Source of the DNA: Candidatus Methanophagaceae archaeon
GTDB taxonomy: Archaea; Halobacteriota; Syntropharchaeia; Alkanophagales; Methanospirareceae
Direction of reading: 5' to 3'
Assembly: GCA_003194425.1 (NCBI GenBank)
Contig: PQXB01000001.1
Span: 370,444 to 402,443, forward strand
Length of the DNA: 32,000 bases
Made by a program: the position numbers and the translations under genes. Below the pieces are notes generated by a model. It was not told the origin of the DNA. It saw nothing but the letters and a program-made list of their open reading frames with translations, and ran no database searches. This document shows, one piece after another, positions 1-8,582 of the stretch. The stretch's first letter is position 1, and the number at the start of each line of letters is the position of its first letter.

Positions 1-1182
1 AAATATTACATAACCCGAGATTTCATTGGCTACAGCAAGTTAGACCCGATTATGAACGACAAAATGGTGGAGGACATCTCAGTCGACGGCCCTAACATTC
101 CGCTCTACGTCTTTCACCGGAGATACGACTCGATAAGGACGAGCATAATTTTTGAAAAGACAGATTTAGATGCGATAATTTATAAATTAGCACAGCGGGC
201 GGGCAGACACATCTCACTGGCTAAACCGCTCTTAAACGCTTCTCTTCCTAATAACGACAGACTGCAGCTGAGCCTTGGGGACGAGGTTACAACGAAGGGC
301 AGCACCTTTACGATAAGGAAGTTCAGAGAAGAACCTCTTACTCCGATTTACCTTATTAAGTCTGAAACATTCTCGACCGAGATGATGGCTTATCTCTGGA
401 TGGCAGTCGAGAACGGCTTCAATATCCTCATAGCAGGCGGCACCGCCTCGGGCAAGACCACCACCTTAAACGCGATCGCTATGTTCATTCCACCAGAGAG
501 CAAGATCATTTCCATCGAAGACACGAGGGAGATAAACTTGTCGCACGAGAATTGGATTCCTGATGTCACTCGGGAAGTCGAAGAAGGAAGTCATTCAATT
601 GAGATGTTTGACCTCCTGAAGGCTGCACTGCGGCAGCGACCCGAATATATTTTAGTGGGCGAGGTTAGAGGCGCGGAGGCGACGACTCTCTTTCAAGCAA
701 TGGCTACCGGACACATCACCGTCTCAACCGTTCACGCCGATTCCCCTGAGGCTGTGGTCAGGAGGCTGACGAAGCCCCCGATTAATGTCCCGCTAATGCT
801 ACTTGACAGTCTAAACATAATACTTATTCAGCGGTCGGTGAAGATAGGGGAAAGAAGAGAGAGGAGGTGCACCGAAATTATAGAAGTAAATGGTGTTGAT
901 TTCGAGAAAGAGACCCTAAAAACCATAAAACTTTTTCATTGGGACTCGTCAGATAAATTTCACTTCAAAGGAGAAAGTCAGTCAAAAATTCTTAGCGAAA
1001 TAAGCGAGAAGTTAAATATGAAGAACGAAGAGGAGTTGTCAAATGAGTTTTATCGCCGTGTAGAAATTTTGAACTGGATGAGAGCAACCGTAACAGACTT
1101 TCAGTCTCTGAGTAAGATTATTTTTGAATACAATATGAATCCAAGAGAGGTTGAGGAGAAGCTAAAAAAAGATAGAAAATAA
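1..1182 (+). CDS. Type IV pilus/archaellum-type secretion ATPase (FlaI/TadA/VirB11 superfamily); the 5' end lies outside the window
   Basis: The frame of ORF 52..1182 stays open back to nt 1 (KYYITRDFIGYSKLDPIMNDKMVEDISVDG). Motifs: Walker A GGTASGKTT, Walker B region PEYILVGEVRGAEA, His box MATGHITVSTVHA. Confidence 0.85.
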   Translation, partial: KYYITRDFIGYSKLDPIMNDKMVEDISVDGPNIPLYVFHRRYDSIRTSIIFEKTDLDAIIYKLAQRAGRHISLAKPLLNASLPNNDRLQLSLGDEVTTKGSTFTIRKFREEPLTPIYLIKSETFSTEMMAYLWMAVENGFNILIAGGTASGKTTTLNAIAMFIPPESKIISIEDTREINLSHENWIPDVTREVEEGSHSIEMFDLLKAALRQRPEYILVGEVRGAEATTLFQAMATGHITVSTVHADSPEAVVRRLTKPPINVPLMLLDSLNIILIQRSVKIGERRERRCTEIIEVNGVDFEKETLKTIKLFHWDSSDKFHFKGESQSKILSEISEKLNMKNEEELSNEFYRRVEILNWMRATVTDFQSLSKIIFEYNMNPREVEEKLKKDRK

Positions 1183-1216
1183 AAAGTGAGTGAGGTGAAG
1201 AGGGGAGAGAGAAGAG

Positions 1217-2116
1217 ATGAAGAGTATTGATGAAATAGCATTTGGTATCTTCGGTGCATATTTCAAGACAAAACGAGAGTTTCGTTGGTTCGTTTCGTTG
1301 CGAGAAAATCTTATAAAAGCAAGGATATTCGTTTCTATCGAAAGATGGCTCTCGAAAGCGGTCTTTTATTCTGTTATTGGATCTTGTGTTCTGCTCTCAA
1401 TTTATTTGTCAATGAAGTTTCTGCTCTCTCTTCTCCCAAAACTCGACCTCAGTTTTTCTTTCGGTTTAACCGATTTTATAATCATAACCACAGGCAGTGT
1501 AATCGCGTTCTGCTCGGTCTTCTGCGGTTTTTATTTCCTGCCAAATATGAAGGCGTGGGAGAGGAAAAGGAAGATAGAAGAGCTTCTTCCTTACGCCATC
1601 AGCTACATCTCCTCGATGGCAGCGATTGGAATGATTCCTTACGAGATTTTCAAGAAACTGTCAGAGGAGGGGGAGAATTATGGGGAAGTGAGCGTTGAGG
1701 CGCGGCAGATAGTGCGTGATGTGAGCTTTTTCGGGTATGATTTTATGACTGCACTAAAGAACCTTGCATCTACGACGCCGTCTGCGAACATGCGAACTTT
1801 CCTGCAAGGTGCAGTAACAACGGCTCTTTCTGGTGGCGAGATGGGGGTGTATTTTATTAATACAGCAAAAATATATATGGCAGAGCGAAGGAAGAATTAC
1901 GAGAATTTTATTAATACTTTGGGAATAATTGCGGAGTTTTATGTTACAGGGCTGGTTGTTGGACCGCTACTTCTCATCGTCGTCCTTGCGATAATGTGTT
2001 TTATGGGTAGCGGTTCTCTGTCAACACTTGCTGCAATCGTGTATTTAGTTATCCCGCTCTCCACCGCGGCATTTGTATTCTTGCTTGATGTTATGTTTTC
2101 GGCTGTACATAAATAA
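1217..2116 (+). CDS. FlaJ/TadC-like polytopic membrane platform protein (single T2SS-F-like domain)
   Basis: Starts 35 nt after the ATPase, behind a GA-rich SD-like leader. Has several hydrophobic helices plus a cytoplasmic helical segment (LPYAISYISSMAAIGMIPYEIFKKL), as in the partners of FlaI-type ATPases. Confidence 0.65.
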   Translation: MKSIDEIAFGIFGAYFKTKREFRWFVSLRENLIKARIFVSIERWLSKAVFYSVIGSCVLLSIYLSMKFLLSLLPKLDLSFSFGLTDFIIITTGSVIAFCSVFCGFYFLPNMKAWERKRKIEELLPYAISYISSMAAIGMIPYEIFKKLSEEGENYGEVSVEARQIVRDVSFFGYDFMTALKNLASTTPSANMRTFLQGAVTTALSGGEMGVYFINTAKIYMAERRKNYENFINTLGIIAEFYVTGLVVGPLLLIVVLAIMCFMGSGSLSTLAAIVYLVIPLSTAAFVFLLDVMFSAVHK

Positions 2117-2284
2117 ATGCTGTTCAACTAAAGAGCAGCTACAAAAAATCAGAACTAAAATCAGAACTACAAGACCCACGATGAGGTACGGCAGCAGTTT
2201 AACGAGCAGCCACAGAACGCTCAAAATAAGGAGTAGAACAACCAAGAAAGAGACCAACGCAGGAATTTCGCTCAAAAATCGCAT
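2045..2284 (-). CDS. Possible small two-TM membrane protein, coupled to pcc1
   Basis: An internal ATG (MRFLSEIPALVSFLVVLLLILSVLWLLVKLLPYLIVGLVVLILVLIF) of ORF 2045..2356 lies 2 nt after the pcc1 stop, behind GGAGGAAAAGGAG. Its 3' part overlaps the flaJ-like 3' end, so the call is uncertain. Confidence 0.3.
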   Translation of the reverse strand: MRFLSEIPALVSFLVVLLLILSVLWLLVKLLPYLIVGLVVLILVLIFCSCSLVEQHLFMYSRKHNIKQEYKCRGGERDN

Positions 2285-2286
2285 TT

Positions 2287-2571
2287 CTACTCCTTTTCCT
2301 CCTGTTCCCTGACCAACAGAACCATTTCCACCGCTATTTTGCAGAGCCGAAGCCAAGTGTTCGCCGCCGCTCTCAACGTTACCGCGTCCTCACTGCTTAA
2401 GCACAGGCGTAATTTATTCCGCTTAAATCCGAGCTCAACAAACGCGCCTCTTTTTTTCTTCTCCTCCCGCTCCGCTTTTAGTGACTCGTAGACCATTCTT
2501 ATTGTTTCCTCCTCCCCCTCGCCCTCCTTGCCCTCCTCGGCTTCAAGCACAAATTCCGCTTCAAACCTCAT
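2287..2571 (-). CDS. pcc1: KEOPS subunit Pcc1-like protein
   Basis: The C-terminal motif LRLCLSSEDAVTLRAAANTWLRLCKIAVEMV matches the Pcc1 signature (..D..aLRa..Ns.lR.l..a.e). It sits beside rpoP and rpl37ae, as in the conserved archaeal cluster. Carries a GEGEE low-complexity insert. Confidence 0.6.
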   Translation of the reverse strand: MRFEAEFVLEAEEGKEGEGEEETIRMVYESLKAEREEKKKRGAFVELGFKRNKLRLCLSSEDAVTLRAAANTWLRLCKIAVEMVLLVREQEEKE

Positions 2572-2623
2572 TTCGAACTTTTAAAAAAGTTTGATCAAAA
2601 TGTTGCAGAAGTTTCGCAACAGA

Positions 2624-2764
2624 TCATTTTGCCTTCATTGTTTTTACTACTAATTCAGGTTTCCCCTTTTTCAACGCTCTGAACCCACAGTACGGACATC
2701 TTACGCTCTGAGTCTCCGCGGTAGTCTCTACAATTTTTTTACACCTCAAGCAAAAATACACCAT
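2624..2764 (-). CDS. rpoP: DNA-directed RNA polymerase subunit P (Rpo12), 46 aa; absent from the ORF track because it is short
   Basis: Hand translation: MVYFCLRCKKIVETTAETQSVRCPYCGFRALKKGKPELVVKTMKAK. It has a CxxC...CxxC zinc ribbon with the RCPYCG motif. An SD-like GGAGGGAGGGG lies upstream, and the gene is next to rpl37ae. Confidence 0.75.
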   Translation of the reverse strand: MVYFCLRCKKIVETTAETQSVRCPYCGFRALKKGKPELVVKTMKAK

Positions 2765-2781
2765 TTTCTTACCCCTCCCTC

Positions 2782-2880
2782 CTACCTTTTCTACCTTTTC
2801 TACCTCTTCTACCTCTTCTGCCTCTTCTACCTCTTCTACCTCTTCTGCCTCTTCTACCTCTTCTACCTCTTCTACCTCTC
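2782..2880. repeat. Tandem repeat, 11 units of 9 bp (ctacctctt, with ctacctttt and ctgcctctt variants)
   Basis: Read directly from the sequence. The last unit contains the rpl37ae stop codon (cta at 2872-2874). The array fills the rpl37ae-rpoP spacer. Confidence 0.9.
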
Positions 2881-3162
2881 CTCTGCCAGCCGATTTATTG
2901 CTCTCTGTGCTGTTACGCCTGTTGGAGTTTGAGGCAGGTAGGTGCCGCCGCTAAAGGTGAAGCCGCATTTTGAGCACCGCCAAATTCCTGTGCCTACCCG
3001 CTTCACCGATTTTCTCTCACACCGCGGGCAGTCGTGCGTGGCTCTTGACTTCTCTTCCACCGCTGCGACCACTTTCCGTATTTTACGCCCGTACCGCACC
3101 CCGAACCTGCCTGCGGACTTTGTCTTCTTCCCCTTCTTCTTCCCCTTCTGTTTCCGTGCCAT
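2872..3162 (-). CDS. rpl37ae: 50S ribosomal protein L37Ae (eL43)
   Basis: [13 protein letters not shown], then zinc ribbon [31 protein letters not shown], which is the canonical eL43 sequence pattern. Confidence 0.95.
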   Translation of the reverse strand: MARKQKGKKKGKKTKSAGRFGVRYGRKIRKVVAAVEEKSRATHDCPRCERKSVKRVGTGIWRCSKCGFTFSGGTYLPQTPTGVTAQRAINRLAEER

Positions 3163-3218
3163 TTCTCATTCACGATTAAGTTAAGTGTAAAAGAAAAATA
3201 TAAAATGTAAAATATTGA
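3163..3218. promoter_or_regulatory. Divergent AT-rich promoter region between rpl37ae and hel308, with a TATA-like aaaaatataaaat
   Basis: A 56-nt AT-rich spacer lies between divergent start codons. The TATA-like element sits around 3194-3206. Which gene it serves cannot be decided from sequence alone. Confidence 0.35.
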
Positions 3219-5462
3219 ATGAAAATCTCTGATTTGAGTTTGGGGCTGGAGCTGGAGACGGTCTTCGGCGTCGGCAGCAGCGGCAGCGGTGAGGGCAGCA
3301 GCGTAGAACTCTACCCGCCGCAAGAGGAGGCGGTAAGGGAGGGTTTGCTCGACGAGAAGAGCGAGAACAAGAATTTCGTTATTTCTTCGCCAACGGCGAG
3401 CGGGAAGACGCTGTTAGCGGAGTTGGTGATGTTGAACTCTGTTTTGCGTGATGGGAGGGGGAAGTGCCTTTATGTCGTGCCTCTAAACGCGTTGGCAAAC
3501 GAGAAATACCGGAATTTTCGGGCGAAATTCGGCGGTCTCGTAAAAGTCGGAATTTCAACCGGCGACTACGAGAGCTCTTCACGGTACCTCGAGAAGAACG
3601 ACCTCTCGATTCTCACGCTTGAGAAGTTGGACTCGCTCACGAGGGTAAAACCCGCGTGGCTGCGTGAGATTTCGGTTCTTGTCGTGGACGAGGCGCACGT
3701 GCTGGGCGAGGAGAAGCGTGGACCGAGGTTGGAGGGGGCGTTGGCGAGGTTCGTCAGCCTCAACCCCGCCGCGCGAATCGTTGCCCTCTCTGCAACAATT
3801 CCGAACGCGGCGGAGTTCGCGGAGTGGCTGAACGCGGCTTTAGTGCAGTCCGAGTGGCGACCCGTGCCGCTGCGGGAGGAGGTGCTGCTGGCGAGGAACG
3901 ACCGCGCGGTAGTTGAGCGAGTGCTCGAGGAAGTTCAGGACGGCTCGCAGGTTCTTGTTTTTGTGAACACGAAGCGAGGCTCGGCGTCTTTTGCGAGAAA
4001 AATCGCAGAACGGCTGAACTTAAGAACCGCAGAGTTGGACAAGTTGGACGAGCTGGACGAGTTGGACGAGCTCGCGGAGCGTGTGGAAATCGGCGTGGAC
4101 GACCTCGCAGACTTGGTCAGGTCAGGCGTTGCTTACCACAACTCCTGGCTCCACCCAGAGCAGAGAAAGGTGGTAGAAGAGGGGTTCAGAGCGCGGGCGT
4201 TAAAAGTAATCTGCTGCACACCGACGCTGGCGATGGGCGTCTCCCTGCCCGCCAAAACCGTTTTAATCCGAAATTACAAGTTCTTCACGCAGGGACGGGG
4301 GAACGAGCCGATGCCGGTCTGTTGGGTGAAGCAGGTCTTCGGTCGCGCTGGAAGGCCGGAGCACGACGCCTACGGAACTGGAATAATCGTGGCGAAGAGC
4401 GAGGCTGAGTTCGAGGCGGTTGAGGATTTTTACCTAAACGGCGAATTAGAGCGTGTAGAGTCGCAGTTTTCTGTTGAGACCCTGACCGAGCAGATTCTCG
4501 CAACTGTCGTCGGCGGTGCGAACCAGACCAGCCAAATCCGCGATTTCCTTAACGCCACCTTCTACGCGCACCAGAACCGCGGTGAAGTGGAGCGCGTGAA
4601 AGAAGAGCTGGAGGGAATTCTGGCGGAATTGTCGGAGGACGGGTTCGTCGAGTTTGAGAGAGGAGGCGGAAAAATAAGAGCCACCGAGTTCGGGTCGCTC
4701 TCTTCTCGGCTCTACCTCTCCACGCGGTCGGCGTTGGCACTGCGGGACGGCATAAATTTTCTTAGCACGAGGAACGCAGAGACAGGAACAAGAATCTCGG
4801 ATTTTGACCTCTTGCTTCTTTTGTGCAGGTGCGAGGAGGTTGTTCCGCTGAGGGTGAAAGAGGCGGGGGAAATCGCGACTGTCCTTACCGAGAATCTTGA
4901 ATGGCTTTACGGCGTCGGTGGTGCTGCTGGCTGCGGTGCTGGCAGCGGTGCTGTTGGCTACGGTGCTGTTGGCTACGGTGCTGTTGGCTACGGTGCTGGC
5001 TGCGGCGGCGCCGCGGTGGGGGTAGGAAGTGCGGTCGTCGCGCAGGCGTGGATTGACGAACTCAGTTATTCAGAAATGAAGCGGAGGTTTGGAATTTATC
5101 CCGGCGAAATTCACAACAATGTCTACGTGCTGGGCTGGATTTGTTACGCCGCGTCGAGGTTGGCAGAGCACCTCCAGAAAGAGAACAACGAGGACGCGGA
5201 GTTGTCTGCGAGGCTAAACGTGCTAAAAGACAGGATTAAGCACGGCATTAGGAAAGACCTGCTCGGGCTGGTCTGCATAAAAGGCGTTGGCAGGGTAATC
5301 GCGAGGTGGCTGCACTCGGCAGGCTTTAAAAGTCCCGAAGAAGTCGCGAGAGCCGAGGTAGAGCAGTTGGAGAGAGTTCCTGGCGTGGGGGCAAAGCGAG
5401 CAAAGCGGTTAAAGGAAGAAGCGCTGAGGCTGTGCAAAAGGCAATGCAAAAGGCAAATTTGA
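3219..5462 (+). CDS. hel308: Ski2/Hel308-family DNA helicase
   Basis: Motifs: motif I SPTASGKT, motif II VVDEAH, SAT, motif VI QVFGRAGRP, and a C-terminal helix-hairpin-helix (IKGVGRVIARWL...VPGVGAKRAKRL). Carries two repeat-derived inserts. Confidence 0.85.
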   Translation: MKISDLSLGLELETVFGVGSSGSGEGSSVELYPPQEEAVREGLLDEKSENKNFVISSPTASGKTLLAELVMLNSVLRDGRGKCLYVVPLNALANEKYRNFRAKFGGLVKVGISTGDYESSSRYLEKNDLSILTLEKLDSLTRVKPAWLREISVLVVDEAHVLGEEKRGPRLEGALARFVSLNPAARIVALSATIPNAAEFAEWLNAALVQSEWRPVPLREEVLLARNDRAVVERVLEEVQDGSQVLVFVNTKRGSASFARKIAERLNLRTAELDKLDELDELDELAERVEIGVDDLADLVRSGVAYHNSWLHPEQRKVVEEGFRARALKVICCTPTLAMGVSLPAKTVLIRNYKFFTQGRGNEPMPVCWVKQVFGRAGRPEHDAYGTGIIVAKSEAEFEAVEDFYLNGELERVESQFSVETLTEQILATVVGGANQTSQIRDFLNATFYAHQNRGEVERVKEELEGILAELSEDGFVEFERGGGKIRATEFGSLSSRLYLSTRSALALRDGINFLSTRNAETGTRISDFDLLLLLCRCEEVVPLRVKEAGEIATVLTENLEWLYGVGGAAGCGAGSGAVGYGAVGYGAVGYGAGCGGAAVGVGSAVVAQAWIDELSYSEMKRRFGIYPGEIHNNVYVLGWICYAASRLAEHLQKENNEDAELSARLNVLKDRIKHGIRKDLLGLVCIKGVGRVIARWLHSAGFKSPEEVARAEVEQLERVPGVGAKRAKRLKEEALRLCKRQCKRQI
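4032..4073 (+). repeat. In-frame 9-bp tandem repeat encoding ELDKLDELDELDEL inside hel308
   Basis: ttggacaag / ttggacgag / ctggacgag / ttggacgag units are visible in the nucleotide sequence. Confidence 0.85.
4911..5033 (+). repeat. In-frame Gly/Ala-rich repeat insert in hel308, including 3 perfect 15-bp units (ggtgctgttggctac, AVGYG x3)
   Basis: Encodes GVGGAAGCGAGSGAVGYGAVGYGAVGYGAGCGGAAVGVGSA. The 15-bp units are identical at nucleotide level. Confidence 0.9.
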
Positions 5463-5504
5463 ATTTAACTTTTATACAAAAAAAATAAGTGAAGTGTAAA
5501 TAAG

Positions 5505-7676
5505 ATGCTGAAGCCTGCGGAGATGAGGGAGCTGCGAATTGTCTGCTTGGAGGAGCACGCAGACGCGGTGATCAAGAGAATCGACGCTCTGGGGTCCGTC
5601 CACCTTACAGACATAAAAGAGTTCTTGGAGGAGTGGGAGGGCTTAATTGAGCCGTCAAAGGCGGGCGCTACTTTAATGCAGACCGCGGAACTCCTGGCGA
5701 GAATTGACAGCCTTGTCGCTTTGCTGCGAGCTCGGACGGCGGAGGGGGCGAGGGCAGGAGCGAAGAAAAGCTTGAGGGAAATGCTGTTCAAAGCGCCGGG
5801 GGCGGAAGAAGAGCAAGTAGCGGCGCGAGTAGCGGCGCGAGTAGCAGAGTGGGTAAAGGAAAGGGGAGAAGAAAGAAGGTTAGCGGAGGTTGAGGCGGAG
5901 TTTGGCGGTTTGGAGGCTGCGGTGACCGAGCTGGAGGGGGAACGAGAGCGGTTGAGAGCTGAGTTGTCGGACGCCGAGGAACTGTTAGGTGTGCAGAAGA
6001 TTTTGGCGGATTTTGGGGTGAATTTGGAGTTTGTGTGTGGTGAGAAAAATTTTATTTCGGTGCTCGCTGGCTGGTTGCCGAGCAGGAATTTGGACGCGTT
6101 GGGCAGCAGCCTCGAAGCAGAGGTAGGAGAGGAGCAGTTCGTTGCCTCCTCCCGTGCCGAGGGAGAGCAGTCTTTTGCGCTGGTCGTGGTCTTGAAGAAG
6201 GACAGGGCAGAAGCGGAGAGGGCGCTGGCGCGGTTGGACTTTGAGCGGTGGCAGCAGCCACTACCACTGCCACTGCCGCTGGAAGCGGAAGTAGAGGCAG
6301 AAATAAAACGGCTGGAAAGAGAGTTAAGAGAGAACGAGGGCAATTTTGAGGCGCTTCGGCGAGAAAAGTTTGAGGACTTGCTCGAGATGCAGGAGCTCGT
6401 GCAAATCGAGGAGAGCAAGGCGAAGGTGAAAGTTCTCTTCGGTCGGAGCGAGCGAGTGCGGGTTCTCGAGGGCTGGACGCCGAAAGAAGAGGTGGAGAAG
6501 GTCGTGGCAGGAGTGACGGAGGAGACGGGCGGGTTCTCGGTGGTCGAGGTGCGGGAGCCTGCGAGGGAGGACGTGCGTGTCCCGTCGTTGCTGAAGAACC
6601 CGCGAATCTTGAAACCGTTTGAGGGCGTGGTGAAAATGTACGGGCACCCACTCTACAAGGACATTGACCCGACGCTGCTCACTGCCCTGATTTTCCCGAT
6701 TCTTTTCGGTCTTATGTTTCCTGACATCGGGCACGGTGCTTTACTGCTCCTGCTCGGTCTGGCGCTGGTCTTTGCCTTCAAGGGCTTGGGCGAGGAGGCG
6801 AGAGGGGCGGGCGTAATTGTCAGCTTGTGCGGGGCTTGTTCGGTGGTTGCGGGTGCCTTGTTCGGCGAGTTCTTCGGGTTCAGCGAGTACGCAACGCACT
6901 TGGTTGAGGGCTCGGTGGGTCTCCAGATTCCGCACAGCCTCCACTGGTTCGTCAATGAGCCGTTGTGGTTCGAGCCGATTCCGAATGTAGAGTTTATGTT
7001 TGTGGTCACGATGCTCATCGGCGTAATTCATATGGGACTCGGCTTGTCTCTCAATGTCGTAAACAATTTCTCCAAGAAAACCACCCTGCAGAAGCTAACC
7101 GGTCTCGTGCAGATTTGGTGCCTCTTCGGCGCTCTTTATATTCTGCTCCTCCTCTTCGGCTTCTTTGACGAGTTGAAGACCGGCAACACGCCGCTGCTGC
7201 TCCAAAATGCCACTCTTTTCGTGCTGCTCCCGATTCTCTTGCTCTTCGTCTTTAAGGTAGTTTCAGAATTGCGGCACGACGACAGTGGTGGAGAAGGGGA
7301 AGGAGAAGGGGAAGGAGAAAGAGAAAGCCGAGCGAAGCGGGGAGGAATGGACTACCTCATAATTCTAATTGACGGCGTAATCGACGCACTGCTCGAGAAC
7401 TTCTTCAGGTTCCTCGCGAACACGGTCTCTTACGGCAGGATTTTGGCGTTGGCGTTGTGCCACGCGGCGTTGATCGAGGTTTTTATTCTTCTGTCTTTTA
7501 TGTGCTTACGGGTAAATGTAGGCGTGGCTGCGGTGGTCTTCTTGCTCGGGACTGCGGTTGTAATCGTGCTTGAGGCGATTATGGCAGGCATCCACACGAT
7601 CAGGCTGCACTTCTACGAGTGGTTCACGAAATTCTACGAGGGCGGCGGCGTTGAATTCACTCCCTTCCGGTTATAG
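5505..7676 (+). CDS. atpI: A/V-type ATP synthase subunit I (a-subunit homologue)
   Basis: N-terminal cytoplasmic coiled-coil domain, then a polytopic C-terminal domain with the essential-Arg region VSYGRILALALCHAAL and the C-terminal IRLHFYEWFTKFYEGGGVEFTPF. Ends in a double TAG TAG. Confidence 0.85.
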   Translation: MLKPAEMRELRIVCLEEHADAVIKRIDALGSVHLTDIKEFLEEWEGLIEPSKAGATLMQTAELLARIDSLVALLRARTAEGARAGAKKSLREMLFKAPGAEEEQVAARVAARVAEWVKERGEERRLAEVEAEFGGLEAAVTELEGERERLRAELSDAEELLGVQKILADFGVNLEFVCGEKNFISVLAGWLPSRNLDALGSSLEAEVGEEQFVASSRAEGEQSFALVVVLKKDRAEAERALARLDFERWQQPLPLPLPLEAEVEAEIKRLERELRENEGNFEALRREKFEDLLEMQELVQIEESKAKVKVLFGRSERVRVLEGWTPKEEVEKVVAGVTEETGGFSVVEVREPAREDVRVPSLLKNPRILKPFEGVVKMYGHPLYKDIDPTLLTALIFPILFGLMFPDIGHGALLLLLGLALVFAFKGLGEEARGAGVIVSLCGACSVVAGALFGEFFGFSEYATHLVEGSVGLQIPHSLHWFVNEPLWFEPIPNVEFMFVVTMLIGVIHMGLGLSLNVVNNFSKKTTLQKLTGLVQIWCLFGALYILLLLFGFFDELKTGNTPLLLQNATLFVLLPILLLFVFKVVSELRHDDSGGEGEGEGEGERESRAKRGGMDYLIILIDGVIDALLENFFRFLANTVSYGRILALALCHAALIEVFILLSFMCLRVNVGVAAVVFLLGTAVVIVLEAIMAGIHTIRLHFYEWFTKFYEGGGVEFTPFRL

Positions 7677-7702
7677 TAGAATCTACACAGATTAAGTAAT
7701 CT

Positions 7703-7864
7703 TCACCTCTTCGACGCCTCCAGCACTGTTATCCCTACAAGTTCGCTATTTTTATGCCTGAGCAAGATAATACCGTTTGGCAGCATTTCCGAATCGGTTG
7801 CTTTTTGTGGTCGTCTAAATTTTATGTAAAGCACATCCGCTTCCGTGTCGTAATCTATCCACAT
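7703..7864 (-). CDS. DUF2283-like small protein (putative antitoxin partner); start taken at the internal Met
   Basis: MWIDYDTEADVLYIKFRRPQKATDSEM...LVGITVLEASKR matches the YD.eaD.lyi ... ivGiei pattern. The longer ORF (to 7999) adds only a low-complexity, purine-rich leader. Confidence 0.55.
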   Translation of the reverse strand: MWIDYDTEADVLYIKFRRPQKATDSEMLPNGIILLRHKNSELVGITVLEASKR

Positions 7865-7962
7865 CGTTTTGGCAGGCAATTTCAAAATATGCGGTGTTAT
7901 TTTAAAAACTTCATTCACTAGTTCCCCCCTACTCCCAACTTCCTCCCCCCTAATCTCCCCTT

Positions 7963-8297
7963 TTATTTCTCTATTTCTCTCTCCCGCTGCTTCCGCCATA
8001 AAATCTCCTCCTTCTCCAATTTTATCTTACTTGTAAAATACGCAGTTATTATAAAGCCCTCCTCTTTACTGGTCTCTTTATAAACTATTGCTAAAAACTT
8101 GCCCCTCGTGACCTCTTTTAAAGCAATAAACGCCTCCTTGTAGCCCTTCACAACATAATCGGCTCCTCAACCGAAGCGAGCACATCCTCATAAAAACCCG
8201 CCAGGTCATCGTGGTTTTCGATAATATGCCGCCATCTTTCCGCTGTCAGTCTAATCGGAACGCCATTTTTTGAGATTGTTATGTCCCGCCCTTTCAT
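7963..8297 (-). pseudogene. Frameshifted small toxin-like gene upstream of the DUF2283 gene (family not assigned)
   Basis: The ATG at 8297 opens MKGRDITISKNGVPIRLTAERWRHIIENHDDLAGFYEDVLASVEEP. The sequence DYVVKGYKEAFIALKEVTRGKFLAIVYKETSKEEGFIITAYFTSK continues in another frame (ORF 7963..8151). One nucleotide appears to be missing near 8158-8162 (CCGAT where CCGGAT is expected). Confidence 0.5.
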
Positions 8298-8582
8298 TCC
8301 CTATTTCTCCTGAATCTTTTTCTTTCTTTTACCGCCTTTCCTCCTCGCCCTTTCCCCTTGCCCTTCCTCCCTCGCTCTTCCTCCCTCGCCCTTCCCTCTT
8401 CCTTTACACCCAAGTAAGAAGGGCATTCGGAACTGCTTGAGTGCGATATTTATCTTTAAATTGTTTTGTTTTGGATAGAAATTATAACCTAAAAAAAAGC
8501 GTAAGAGGGAGAAAAAACAGAAAATTATTTAAAGAGGAAAAAATAGAAAAGTTTTTAAGTAGGTTTTTTCTTATAATAATTT

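Noticed and set aside
2782-2880. Possible CRISPR array, considered for this and the other tandem-repeat blocks.
   Set aside because: The units are only 9-28 bp and directly abut one another with no unique spacers. No cas genes are present, so these are microsatellite/minisatellite-type repeats.
4911-5033. An intein or other mobile insertion in hel308.
   Set aside because: The insert is only about 41 residues of Gly/Ala/Tyr repeat. It lacks the intein splicing motifs and has clear 15-bp tandem-repeat structure.
5465-6418. 317-aa ORF antisense to atpI, and similar long antisense or alternative-frame ORFs (6052-6651, 13502-14218, 21850-22623, 22149-23048, 26511-27662, 30952-31782, 11772-12128).
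   Set aside because: All lie fully inside well-supported genes on the other strand or in another frame. Their translations are low-complexity (Ser/Arg/Pro/Leu-rich) with no motifs. Such ORFs are expected in GC-rich coding DNA.
7865-7999. The long N-terminal extension of the DUF2283-like ORF (MAEAAGERNREIKGEIRGEEVGSRGELVNEVFKITPHILKLPAKT).
   Set aside because: It overlaps the 3' end of the upstream toxin-like gene and consists largely of purine-tract translation. The family-typical sequence starts at the internal Met (MWIDYDTEAD).
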